This document shows, in pieces, positions 50,353-62,909 of a stretch of 64,000 nt of DNA. This DNA comes from Sphyrna mokarran (lineage: Eukaryota). Every line of letters starts with the position of its first letter. The first letter of the stretch is position 1. A program made the position numbers and the translations under genes. Below the pieces are notes generated by a model that searched no databases, was not told where the DNA came from, and saw nothing but the letters and a program-made list of their open reading frames with translations. Location: NCBI GenBank assembly GCA_024679065.1, contig JAGIQG010000009.1:85932001-85996000 (forward strand), read 5' to 3'.

Positions 50353-52470
50353 CAAAGAACAAAGAACAAAACAGCACAGGAAATGGGCCCTTCGGCCCAA
50401 CAAGCCCGCGCTGCCACCTTGATGTTCCCACTTCTACCCATGATCCCTGTCTATGTGTATTGATCTATGCATTGGAACCAAATTTGCGAGACAATTTAGG
50501 GAGAATTTGTTTTGCCAATCAGCCTAAGAGCACATCTTTGGGGTGTGGGAGGAAACCGGAGCACCCGGAGAAAACCCACGCAAGCACGGGGAGAATGTGC
50601 AAACTCCCACAGTCACAGGCCCAAATCCATGTATCTGCACAGCACAGCGATAGTCACTGAGCTGTCGTGTTCATCAACTGGTCCAGGTCAAGCGTACACT
50701 AACGACGTGAAGCACTAGGATACTCTTGAAAAAGATCCAAGAGCAGTCCTCTCACGACCCATCGCGTGTATGCCCCTCGTTAGACAACAAGGCGGATCAA
50801 AGTACCTGTACGATAAAACAGAAATACATCAATATCATTGTCAATTTAAACACTTCCCAGGGAACTTCCAAGGCTCATGATCCCTATTTTAAATCAGTTT
50901 TCTATACCCCTCCATTCCCATTCTGTTCATGTGCCCATCTAAGTATTTCTTAAATAACTCCAGAGTACCTGCCTCCACCACTTTACTTGGCAGCGCATTC
51001 CATACCCCCACCACCCTCTGTGTGAAAAAACTCCCTCTAGCATCCAAATTATATCTTACCCCCTTCACCCTAAGCCCATGACTCCTTGTGATATTTGAAT
51101 CCATTCTTTGAAAAAGATTAATCCTGTTTACTCTATCTATACCCCTCATAATCTTGTACACTTCTATTAGCTCTCCTCTAAGTCTATGTATTTCTGAGGA
51201 AAACAGCCCCAATTTGCCTAATCTCTCCTCATAACTGAGACCTCCCATACCAGGCAGCCTCCTGGTAAACCTCCTCTGCACTGTCTCCAGAGTCTCCATG
51301 TCCTTCTGATAGTAAGGCGACCAGAACTGGACGCAGTATTCCAAATGAGGTCTAACCAATGTTCTATACAACTGCAACATTAAAGGCCAGCTCTTGTACT
51401 CTATATCCCTTCCTATAAAGGCTAGCATACCATATGTTTTCTTCACAACCTTCTCCACCTGCTCTGCCACCTTCAGAGACTTGTGCACCTGCATTCCCAG
51501 GTTCTTCTGCGTTTCTATACTCTTAATAGGTCTACCCTTTATCATATACCTCCCCCCTACATTCTTTCTCCCGAAATGCATCACCTCACATTTATCAGGA
51601 TTGAGTTCCATCTGCCATCTATTTCCCCAAGCTACCAGCCTATCTATGTCCTGCTGCATCGCCTGGCAATGCTCCTCACTATTCGCAAGTCCAGCCATCT
51701 TTGTATCATCTGGAAACTTGCTGATCACTCCACTTACTCCCTCTTCCAAGTCATTTATATATATTACAAATAGAAGAGGTCCCAGTACCGAGCCCTGCAG
51801 CACACCACTAGTGACTGACCTCCAGCTAGAAAAACACTCTTCCACTATTACTCTCTGTCTCCTATTACCAAGCCAGTTACTTATCCATCTAGCTACCTGT
51901 CCTTGTATCCCATTAGTCTTGACCTTTTCAACTAACCTCCCATGAGGGACTTTGTCAAATGCCTTTCTGAAATCCATATAGACAACATCAACGGCTCGCC
52001 CTTCGTTGACCGTTTTAGTCACCTCCTCAAAAAAGTCTGCCAGATTTGTAAGGTACAACCTCCTCTTAACAAATCCATGCTGCGTATCTCTAATCAGATC
52101 ACAACGCTCTAAGTGCCCATACATCCTACCTCTAAGAATCCCCTCCAACAGCTTCCCTACCACTGACGTCAAACTCACTGGCCTATAATTTCCAGGGTTA
52201 TCCCTACTACCCTTTTTAAACAACGGTACAACATTAGCTATTCTCCAGTCCTCTGGGACCTCACCTGTGTCCAAAGAAGAGACAAAGATTTGCGTCAGAG
52301 GCCCAGCAATTTCACCTCGCACCTCCCTAAGCATCCTGGGATAAATGCCATCAGGCCCCAGAGATTTATCAGTTTTAATGCTACCTAGAAGCTCTAGCAC
52401 TTCCTCTCTCGGTATGGATATTTCCCTCAACTGGTCCACAGCTCCCTCAGAGACAGGAGCTATCAACTGC
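50353..52470 (-). mobile_element. CR1 LINE with a long SINE-containing 3' UTR (RT ORF open)
   Basis: ORF 50889-52553 (its first ~30 aa come from flanking DNA); UTR as in 61673-62217. Confidence 0.96.
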
Positions 52471-53349
52471 CTGGCTTTTATGGATATTGTCCTGTAGAAG
52501 AGCCAATGGGCTTGAAATGTTAACTGCATTTCTCTCTCCGCAGATGCTAACAAAGCTCTTGAGTTTACCCAGCACGGAAACAGGCCCTGTAGAATTCAGT
52601 GTCTGCAAACTAACCGCTGAACTGCCATGTAAGCTCTATAAAGTCTTCCGTCTTGTCTTTTTAACATTACCTGTCCTGTTCCCATTATTCAACACTTTTA
52701 GATTCTAGTCCTTCTATCAGTATTACCAACTTAACAGCGACAATATTTCATCATACGCTCCTCTCGCCAGGATCCTCTCTATATTTCTGAGAATTGGATC
52801 CTTGGTGTCATATTTGCCCCGGAGATGAGATTCTGATCATATTCTGCCATCACTAAGACTGCTGAGCTCCACCTCTGTAATGTCAGCTGATCTCACTCCT
52901 GTCTCAGCTTTTCTTCTGCCAAAACCCTTGTTCATACCTTCCCGTTGGACTTGACAACTCAACACTCTCCTTGCTGATCTCCCACACTCTACCTCTGGAA
53001 ACTTGAGATGATCTAAAATTCCACCACTGACATTTTTAACTTATGGCAAATCTCCTTTCCCCTATCACTTCCTGTGCTCACTGACTGGCTCCTGGTCATG
53101 CTACTTATGTTCAAATCCCTCCATGGCCTTCCCTATCCTTGTAAGTTCCTCCAGCCACACAACCCTCTGAGATCTCTGAACTCCTTTAATTCTGACCTCT
53201 TGGACATCTTGATTTAATTTCTCCACTATTGCTGTCTGCGTCTTCAACTGGTTTAACCTCAAGATCTCAAATAACTTCCATCAACCTCCACTTTCCTCCT
53301 TTCCTCCTCCCATAACCTCCCCCCTCTCTATCTCACTTTCCCCTCCTGA

Positions 53350-54383
53350 GCATTTTGAGAAAGTCACTAACATGGAATATTAAGGATTGTCTATGGGTTT
53401 ATTCTGTAGATTTCCAGGAGGTTTCCAAAAGATTCCACTCAAAAGATTGTTACTAAAAATGAGAGTGAATGGGATGGGTGATATGGATGGGGTCTTTTGA
53501 CTTTGGCTGGGAATAGTTTTGGGAGGTCGGAGGCAGGGATTGGGGTTAATCGGTAAGTAATCTGATTAGTGGGATGTACAGGGTGCTTGCGCAGAGATCT
53601 GTACTGGGGCCATAACTGTTCATCACATTTATAAATGTATCAGTGAAGGAAAGTTGTGTATCAAAGTTATAAATGTTACTAAGTTCAGATGGTCAGTAAG
53701 TTGCATTGATGGGAACAGAAAGTTCCAAAGGGATATTAACAGATAAAATGAGTGGGTAAAACTATAACAGATTGAGTTTAATGTGGGGAAGACAGGTCAC
53801 CCACTGTGGAATTTAAAAAATCAAACTGAATATTTCTGGCATGGTCTATAAAATCTATGGAAAAGAATCCCATAGAGCAGAAAGAGGCCATTTGGTTCTT
53901 TGGATCTGTGCTGACTCCCCAAAAAAGCAACGTACCCAGGCCCTCCTCCCTGCAACCTGCACATTTACCAGGGCTAATTCACCTGACCTGCACATCTTAG
54001 GACTGTGGGAGGAAACTAGAGAACCCAGAGGATTGGGGAATACGTGCAAATTCCACACAGTTACCCAAGACTGGAATTGAACGCCAGTCCCTCACACTGT
54101 GAGGGAGCAATGCTAACCACTGTGCCACCATGCTGTCCCAGACAGAAATTGGGAACTGTGGACAAGTCAAAAGATTTAGGGATTCAAAACTAAAAATATA
54201 TTGGACAGATAGAAACACTAATTAAAGAACCAAGGGCTGGAATACAGAGGGTCAGAGGTTATGTTCCAACTGAACAGAGATCTGTTTTTTCTTTCTGTGT
54301 TTAGTTTTTGGCCCTTCATATCCTATTGCCTTGGTGGGAATGAAGTGAAGTTTCAACAGAATGCTCCTGGAGTTAAAGGGGTT
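53350..54383 (+). mobile_element. Very old CR1 remnant interrupted by a SINE and an LTR-like element
   Basis: Decayed RT motifs; resumes near 55053. Confidence 0.6.
53862..54137 (-). mobile_element. HE1-type SINE
   Basis: Reverse complement of head, V-domain and tail. Confidence 0.82.
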
Positions 54384-55052
54384 TGTTGTCGGACAACAAA
54401 TTTTCTGAAATTGGATGCACAATATGGAAGTAGACTGAGGGCGCACTCCACTAAAAATCACAAGGGAACAGATCCAGAGACAAGCAGGCAAAAGACATGT
54501 TTTTAAAATGCACACAAAGAGAACCGGACAAAGAGAAGAGAACCTATGGAAGCTAAATTAAAAAGTACACCCCCCATCCGACCGAATCAGCATCTCTGAT
54601 CTAATCAAGTAACCCTCTATGGAGACACCTAAGGATTAACATAACTTCTTTGTTCTTTGTTCTTTTATAACTAAGGAAGCCTCCCTGGCCCCACAAACTT
54701 CCTGAGAATAGTCAAATACCCATTGTTCAAATCCCGGAGATTCTAGACCATTGATAAACCCATCAGACAGAAACGATTAACACACACTTAAAAACATCGA
54801 TACAATACTTGAAAACATTGAAACAAAACGGTCAGAGTCAAATACGGTAAACAAAACATTATCATTTGAATCATACAATGTGTCGAGGTTTCAGTATAAC
54901 TGTAGCCCATTGTGGTAGGCTTTTAAAGTGCTTTCGGGACAGTTCTGTTTGTACGCCCTGACTGCATTTCCATCGATGTTAAAATAAAGCTGTACCACTG
55001 TTGAACCTGACCCTGAGTCAGTAGTGGTCTTGTCTGCCCACTCGCGCTAACA
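54384..55052 (+). mobile_element. Probable solo LTR
   Basis: TGTT...AACA termini, AATAAA near 54983, interrupts an old CR1; no clear TSD. Confidence 0.5.
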
Positions 55053-55330
55053 AATTAAATTAAGAAGACAGGTTACACAGACTGAGCTTGCAGTGAATAA
55101 TGGAACTGTACCATCCAGTTTCACCTCTGTAACATCACCCAACCTCACCCTGTCTCAGCTCAACGACTGCTGAAATCTTCACTCCTGTTTCCATTACCCC
55201 TGGAGCTGTCTATTCCAACATACTCCCACCTTTTAACCTAAGTACACTAGAGGTCATTCAAAACTCAGCAGTCTGAATCTGAACCCGGGCCTGTCACTTG
55301 AGAATTGCTGACAGGTTGACAGATGCTGAC

Positions 55331-55630
55331 AGGGGCAGCACGATGGCACAGTGGTCAACACTGCTGCCTCACAACACCAGGGATGCAGGTTCGATTCCGG
55401 CTTGGGTGACTGTGCAGAATTTGCACATTCTCCCCATATCTGCATGGGTTTCCTCTGGTGCTCCAATTTCCTCCCACATTCCGAAAGATGTGCTGATTAG
55501 GTGCATTGGCCATGCTAAGTTCTCCCTCAGTACACCCGAACAGGTGCCGAAGTGTGGTTACTGGGGGATTTTCACAGTAATTTCATTGCAGTGTTAACGT
55601 AAGCCGAAATAAACTTTAAACTTTACTTTG
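55331..55630 (+). mobile_element. V-SINE with alternative tail
   Basis: Full tRNA head (GGTTCGATTCC), V-domain, same tail as 570-642. Confidence 0.85.
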
Positions 55631-55789
55631 AAGATTGGGTACCAGCCCACAATGCAGAAGGAGGCTATTTGACCCATGAAGTCTTCACTGACCCACAATC
55701 CCAGCCAGATTCCATCCGTTTACCCTGCTAATCCTCCTAACACTAAGAGGCAATTTAGCATGGCCAATCAACCTAACTGCAAAGTCTTC

Positions 55790-56163
55790 ATGTGAAAATT
55801 CTCTCCTTGTTTTCAAATCCCTCCATGGCCTCACTTCTTCCTCTCCTCCAGCCCCACAACCCTCCAATCTAACTCCATTCCTGTAGTGTTGGTCTCCTCA
55901 GCAACTGCAATTTTAATTGCTCCGCCATTGTTCACCAGTTCTTCAGCTGCTTGAACCCAAACCGTCTGGAATTCCCTCCTTAAATCTCTCCCCCTCTCTG
56001 CCTCAGACAATCCTTAACTGCTACCTCTGACCAAATACTTGTTATTCTGGCCTAATATCTCCTGATACAACTCACTGTCACAGCTCTTGCTAAAAGGTTC
56101 CTGTGAATCTCCACAGGACGTTTTATTGTGTTAAAGGGGCTATATAAATACAAGTTGTTGTTT
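55790..56163 (+). mobile_element. L2-like LINE 3' end (related pieces at about 52880-53300 and 55140-55300)
   Basis: TTCAAATCCCTCCATGGCCT...CTGGAATTCCCTCC...GCTATATAAATACAAGTTGTTGTT terminus. Confidence 0.6.
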
Positions 56164-56374
56164 TAATCTTTACCTGTTTACAATTTTTTATTGACAGATA
56201 AACACGAACCTTGCAATCCAGCAACCAGGATGTGAACTTATCCCAATTGTTGGGATCACAAGTGAATTCCTGACTAACTCCACTGTCTGAATGCAATCAA
56301 ACGTGCAATTAATTTATATTGAAGAGAAAGGGTTTAGACTAGAGAAACTGCTCCCTCTGGTGGGAGGAACATGA

Positions 56375-56504
56375 TGTAGAGATGCTGGCGTTGGACTGGG
56401 GTAAACTCAGTGAAGTTTTACAACACCAATTTTAAATCCAACCAATTTATTTGATAGTAAATCCGCGAGCTTTCGACGCTATGCGCTTTCGTCAGGATTT
56501 AAAA
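56375..56504 (-). mobile_element. Penelope-like pLTR fragment with 14-bp TSD and hammerhead core
   Basis: TGGGAGGAACATGA at 56361-56374 and 56505-56518; minus strand CTGACGA-aagcgcatagcgtc-GAAA-gctc at about 56466-56495. Confidence 0.8.
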
Positions 56505-57571
56505 TGGGAGGAACATGAACAGGGAACATCATCTCAAAATGAAACCTCAGCCATTCTGGAGAGTTGCCTATGCCAATATCCGTGCTGCTCTTACTTGCTC
56601 CTAATATGGGTTTTATGCTGTATTGCTCCATTCCACCACTGCTCCTTTTTTCTCTTGAGTTGTGGTGGAGTTTCCAGCCTGTGAAAGCTTTACACTTGCA
56701 TTCAATTTGGTTATCTTTGTGAAAGCAGTCAAGTTGTTTCCTGGTAGAGAGAGATCAAGAATCTCTTCTCTGCACCTTGTTATGGTGGTGTTAGTCAGAC
56801 TGTATGGAAGCAGTGTAGGTGCTGATGGCTGGATGTTAAGAGGTTGACAGTGAGGTACTGACTGAGAAGAAACACCTTGGTTGGATCTTTGAGTCCTCCG
56901 TTGTGAATATTCTTGCAGCATTGCTTCTGATTTCTAGACACTAGGCTGATGGAGATGGTAGGTTAGATAAGATGGAGATTAGTCCAGCTACATGGTGCGA
57001 GTTTTTTGTTGTAGGTAGAGTGGGTCTCACAAAGATTTCCTGAGTCTTGTGTAGTTGAATATTAACTGATGGCACATAACATTGTTCTGGGTACAGTCTA
57101 AGCTACACACAACTTCCATGCTTGTATCTACATGGGTCTCTGTCCAGTCCAGGTAAGGTGTCACTTTGCATCATACTGTGGATGATACTGTTTTCCAATC
57201 CCACATTAACCATTGCAATGCCAATTACCCATGCACATCTCTGTGATCTCTTGTTCAAATGATGAAGTAACTGAGAAAATACTGGTTTTTGTAGCATGGA
57301 TGTTTCTATAGGATCTTCTGATAGTCTCACTGCCAGAACAGGGTGTGGCTTATGAGAGGGTCATGTTCTGGACATTTTAACATGAAACTCACTCTGTTGG
57401 AGTTTACTTTCCCAGCACCTTCATTGTCTATCTCCCATCCAAAGATTCATATTCTTCCTCATTCAATTGAAATTTCCGAGGAGGTTCAGGTGGTCACCTG
57501 TCGAGTCTCAGATTAAGGATTGCTCAGGATCAGCATTTTAATCCTTTCTTATTCTGGTTTGTTGCATGAAG

Positions 57572-58074
57572 TCATGATGTAGAGATGCTGGCATTGGACT
57601 GGGGTAAACACAGTAAGAAGTCTGACAATACCAGGTTTAAGTCCAACCGATTTATTTGATAGTAAACACACAAGCTTCCGAGGTTATCCTCTTTGTCAGG
57701 TGAATGAGGTGTTCTGGTCTCAGACAGCACATATAACAGCACAGACTGTTTACAGATTACTGATTAGACTTGAATAGCAGGTTAGGTGTAAAGATTTGCA
57801 TTCTAATCAGTAATCTGTAAACAGTCCGTGCTGGTATATGTGCTATTTGGGAAAAGAACACCTCATTCACCTGATGAAGAGGATAACCTTGTGATAAACA
57901 TGGATAGGGATCGCGGGTAGAGGTGGGAACATCGGGGTGGCAGCGTGGGCTCATTGGGCCGAAGGGCCTGTTTCCCGTGCTGTTTTTTGTTCTTCTTTAT
58001 AACTCGGAAGCTTGTGAGTTTACTATCAAATAAATCGGTTGGACTTAAACCTGGTGTTGTCAGACTTCTTACTG
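57572..58074. mobile_element. Large palindromic Penelope-like pLTR element with a nested CR1 tail
   Basis: Arms at about 57610-57765 and 57800-58074 are inverted repeats; flanking TTGTTGCATGAAG direct repeat; CR1 tail at about 57891-57998. Confidence 0.82.
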
Positions 58075-58383
58075 TTGTTGCATGAAGAGAAGGAGTGTTA
58101 GCACTGATGACAATGATGTGCTGGTTCCTCAGTAGGGTGATTTGGGCAATCATGGATCCCTCACTTATCTCACAGGGGAGTCACTAAGGCTCCAGAGGAG
58201 TTCAGTTTTGATAGTGAAGTCCACTCCATGGGGCATCATTCATCTTCTGGAAAATCCTTCCAGAAAAAGGTGTACACACTACCTCGTTCCATCGGTTAGC
58301 ATTCTTCTGTATGTCTCTTAAGTACCGAATGTAGAATACTCAATGTTATACAGTGAAATTTGCAGACTTGTCCATGAACTATT

Positions 58384-60160
58384 AGAACATAGAACATAGA
58401 ACATAGAACAATACAGCACAAACAGGCCCTTCGGCCCACGAGTTGCGCCGATCATCTACCAATCCACAGACCTATCTATAACCCCCTATCCTATTCTTTT
58501 CCATATACTCATCCAGAAGTCTTTTAAAAGACCCCAGTGAGTTTGCCTCAACAACCTTCGACGGCAGTCGGTTCCATTCACTCACCACCCTCTGAGTGAA
58601 AAACCTACCCCTGACATCTCCTTTGTATTTGCTTCCCTGCACCTTAAATCTGTGTCCTCTCGTAGTGACCATTTCAGCTCGGGGAAATAGTCTCTGAGAG
58701 TCCACCCTATCTATTCCTCTCAACATTTTATAAACCTCTATCAGGTCGCCTCTCAACCTATGTCTCTCCAGTGAGAAGGGTCCCAGCTCCCTCAACCTAT
58801 CTTCATAAGGCCTGCCTCCCAATCCAGGCAGCATCCTTGTAAATCTCCTCTGAACTCTCTTAATAGCCTCTACATCCTTCCTATAATGAGGCGACCAGAA
58901 CTGTGTACAATACTCCAAGAGGGGCCTGACAAGAGTCTTATAGAACTGCATCATTACCTCCTGACTCCTAAACTCTATTCCTCGATTAATGAAAGCCAGT
59001 ACACCGTACGCCTTCTTGACCACTTCTTCCACCTGCGAGGCCGATTTAAGAGTCCTATGGACCCGGACCCCGAGATCCTTCTGCTCTACAACACAGCTAA
59101 GACTCCTACCCCTTATATTGTACTCCTTCATCCCATTATTCCTGTCAAAATGGACCACTACACATTTATCCACATTGAAGTCCATCTGCCACTTCTCCAC
59201 CCAGTCTTGCATCCTGTCTATGTCCTGCTGCAACTTTTGGCATCCCTCCAGACCATCCACAACACCACCGACCTTTGTATCGTCGGCGAACTTACTAACC
59301 CATCCCTCCACTTCCTCATCCAGGTCATTTATGAAAATGACAAACAGCAGGGGTCCCAGAACAGATCCCTGGGGCACTCCACTGGTTACCGACCTCCATG
59401 CAGAACAAGACCCATCCACAACCACTCTGTGCCTTCTGCCGGCAAGCCAGTTCTGGATCCACGAGGCCATAGCCCCTTGGATCCCATGCCCTCTCACCTT
59501 CTCCAGAAGCCTTGCATGTGGGACCTTATCAAACGCCTTACTAAAGTCCATGTACACTACGTCCACCGCCCTTCCTTCATCAATGTGTTCAGTCACATTT
59601 TCGAAGAACTCAACTAGGCTCGTAAGGCATGACCTGCCCTTGACAAAACCATGCTGACTATTTCTAATCAGCCCAAACTTCTCCAAATGTTCATATATCT
59701 TATCCCTCAGAAGCCTCTCCATCAGCTTACCAACCACTGAAGTCAAACTCACCGGTCGGTAATTTCCTGGACTATCCCTGTTCCCTTTCTTAAAGATAGG
59801 AACCACATCTGCAATCCTCCAATCCTCCGGAACCTCTCCCATTTCCATGGACGACGCAAAGATCATCGCCAGGGGCTCTGCAACCACTTCCCTCACCTCC
59901 CACAATAACCTGGGGTACATCCCATCCAATCCCGGAGACTTGTCTATCTTGATAGAATTTAACAGGTCTAACACATCCTCTTTCCTAACATCCACATACT
60001 CAATCTTTTCCGTATGCCTCAAACCTGCAGTGCAATCTCCCAGTTCACTTTCTACCGTGAATACCGAGGCAAAGTACTCGTTAAGCACCTTTGCCATTTC
60101 TTCCGGATTCACACAGACTTTTCCCCCTTCACCTTTTATAGGCCCTATCCCTTCTCTTCC
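58384..60160 (-). mobile_element. 5'-truncated CR1 LINE with an uninterrupted 546-aa RT ORF
   Basis: ORF 58472-60112; (AGAACAT)n tail on the + strand at about 58385. Confidence 0.97.
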
Positions 60161-60789
60161 CTTCTATATTGTTATAAGGTGTGGGATTAGGAATAATGTG
60201 GAGTTCACTGCACTACATGAGCTTGGTTCTCTGTTTGAAATTCAGCTCCCTTCATAATCCCAGTTCTCCTGATTGCAGACCAGCTTCTTTGGCCACAAAC
60301 CTGTCTCAGTTTATTTTCTATTCATCCAGAGGCTGTGGGTGTTTCTAGCTGAGCCAACATTTATTGACCATCACTAATTGCCCATTAATTGTGTAGCTTT
60401 CCCAGGGCACATGTAGACCAGAGCAGGTAAGAACGGCAGATTTCTTTCCTCGAAAGACATTACTGAACCAGTTTGGTCTTTACAACATATGACAATGGTT
60501 TCATATCATCATTAGACTTATAATTCCAGACTTCTTTTGCACTCAAATTTCACCATCTGTCATGGCGGGATTCCCACTTAGCTGCCCAGAACAGTAGAAT
60601 CATAGAATCAGACAGTATCTTCGGCCCATCGAATCTGTACCGACGTGCAAGAAACACCTGTTGCAGCATTTTACAGCCTAGTTCATCATAAAATAGTAAA
60701 ATCCTGCCTGAGGTCAACAGACTTTCTCATTGTCCGCCTCTCACCTGCTCCAATTCCTGAGAGTAAAATTCCGGCCCTGAACTGCCACC

Positions 60790-62217
60790 ATTTGTAATAT
60801 ATATAAATGATTTGGAAGAGGGAGTAAGTGGAGTGATCAGCAAGTTTGCAGACAATACAAAGATGGCTGGACTTGCGAATAGTGAGGAGCTTTGTCAGGC
60901 GATGCAGCAGGACATAGATAGGCTGGTAGCTTGGGCAGATAGATGGCAGATGGAATTCAATCCTGATAAATGCGAGGTGATGCATTTCGGGAGAAAGAAT
61001 GTAGGGGGGAGTTATATGATAAAGGGTAGACCTATTAAGAGTATAGAAACGCAGAGGGACCTGGGGGTGCAGGTGAACAAGTCTCTGAAGGTGGCAGAGC
61101 AAGTGGAGAAGGTTGTGAAGAAAGCATATGGGATGCTAGCCTTTATAGGAAGGGGTATAGAGTACAAGAGCTGGCCTTTAATGTTGCAGTTGTATAAAGC
61201 ATTGGTTAGAATTTATTTGGAATACTGCATCCAGTTCTGGTCGCCTTACTACCGGAAGGACATGGAGACCCTGGAGAGAGTGCAGAGGAGGTTTACCAGG
61301 ATGCTGCATAGGATGGAAGGTCTGAGTTACGAGGAGAGGTTAGGCAAATTGGGACTGTTTTCCTTAGAAAGATGTAGACTTAGAGGAGATCTGATAGAGG
61401 TGTACAAGATTATGAGGGGTATAGATAGAGTAAACTGGGTTAAGCTTTTTCCTAGGATGGACTCGAATAGCACGAGGGGTCACGGGCTTAGGGTGAGGTG
61501 GGTAAGGTATAATTTGGATGCTAGAGGGAGTTTTTTCACACAGAAGGTGGTGGGGGTATGGAATGCACTGCTAAGTAAAGTAGTGGAGGCAGGCACTCTG
61601 GAGTTATTTAAGAAATACTTAGATGGGCACATGAACAGAATGGGAATGGAGGGGTATAGAAAACTGATTTAAAATAGGGATCATGAGCCTTGGAGTCCCT
61701 GGGAAGTGTGTAAATAGATGATGATATTGATGTACTTGTTTTTATCTTACAGGTGCTTTGGTCCACCTTGTTGTCTAATGAGGGGCATACACGCGATGGG
61801 TCGTGAGGGGGCTGCTCTTGGATTTTTTTTCGAGAGTATCCTAGTGCTTCACGTCGTTAGTGTACGCTTGACCTGGACCATTTGATGGGCATCATGACAG
61901 CTCAGTGACTATCGCTGTGCTGTGCAGATACATGGATTTGGGCCTGTGTCTGTGGGAGTTTGCACATTCTCCCCGTGCTTGCGTGGGTTTTCTCTGGGAG
62001 CTCTGGTTTCCTCCCACATCCCAAAGATGTGCTCTTAGGCTAATTGGCAAAACAAATTCTCCTTAAATTGTCTCAAATTTGGTTTTTAATCCATAAATCT
62101 ATAAACATAAATCTATAAACAGGGATCATGGGTAGAGGTGGCAACATTGGGGTGGTGGCGTGGGCTCGTTGGGCTGAAGGGCCTGTTTCCTGTGCTGTTT
62201 TGTTCTTTGTTCTTTGT
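60790..62217 (+). mobile_element. CR1 LINE with a long SINE-containing 3' UTR
   Basis: ORF2 end 60812-61672; structured segment 61760-61879; V-SINE-derived segment about 61887-62050; hairpin plus (TTCTTTG)n tail. Confidence 0.95.
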
Positions 62218-62909
62218 TTGTTTAATCCCATCTACCAGCATTCGACTCACAGCATTAAATATTATGATGTGCCAGATACTTTTTAAAGAATGTGAGGCAA
62301 CTCGCTTCTACCATCCTCCTGGGCAGCGCATTCCAGACCATCACCATCTTCTGTGATAAAAAGTTTTTCCTCATATCCCCCTAAGCTTCCTGCCCCTCAC
62401 CTTGAACCTATGCCCCATCATGACTGACCCTTCAACTCAGGAGAATAGCTGCTCCTTATCGGCTTTATCCATGTCTCTCATTATCTTGTACACATCGATC
62501 AGGTCGCCCCTCAGTCTTGACTATTCCAATGAAGACTGTCCAAGTCTACTCAACCTCTCTTCATAGCTGTTCCACCCCAGGCAGTATCTTGGTGAATCTC
62601 TTCTGCACCCTCTCAAGTGCAATCACTTTCTTCTAATAATGTGGTGACCAGAACAGCACACAGTACTCCAGCTGTGATCTCAGCAAAGTTCTACACAACT
62701 TCAATATGATTTCACTGCTTTTGAAATTTATGCCTTGATTGATAATGTGTTCAATATGTTTTTTTTTCACCTACTAATATGTCGTTCCATCTTCAGAGAT
62801 TGATGGACAAACATACCCTTTGTTCCATACAACTTCCTAGTGTCATGTCATTCATCGAGAACTTCCTTGTCAAATTATTCCTTCCAAACTGTATCATCTC
62901 ACACTTAAA

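Noticed and set aside
50889-52553. 554-aa ORF (and the 546-aa and 417-aa ORFs) as host genes or active LINEs
   Set aside because: They are 5'-truncated ORF2 fragments lacking ORF1, endonuclease and promoter.
58886-59657. Long + strand ORFs (also 30021-30680, 41791-42339, 51394-51945)
   Set aside because: They are antisense shadows of CR1 ORF2.
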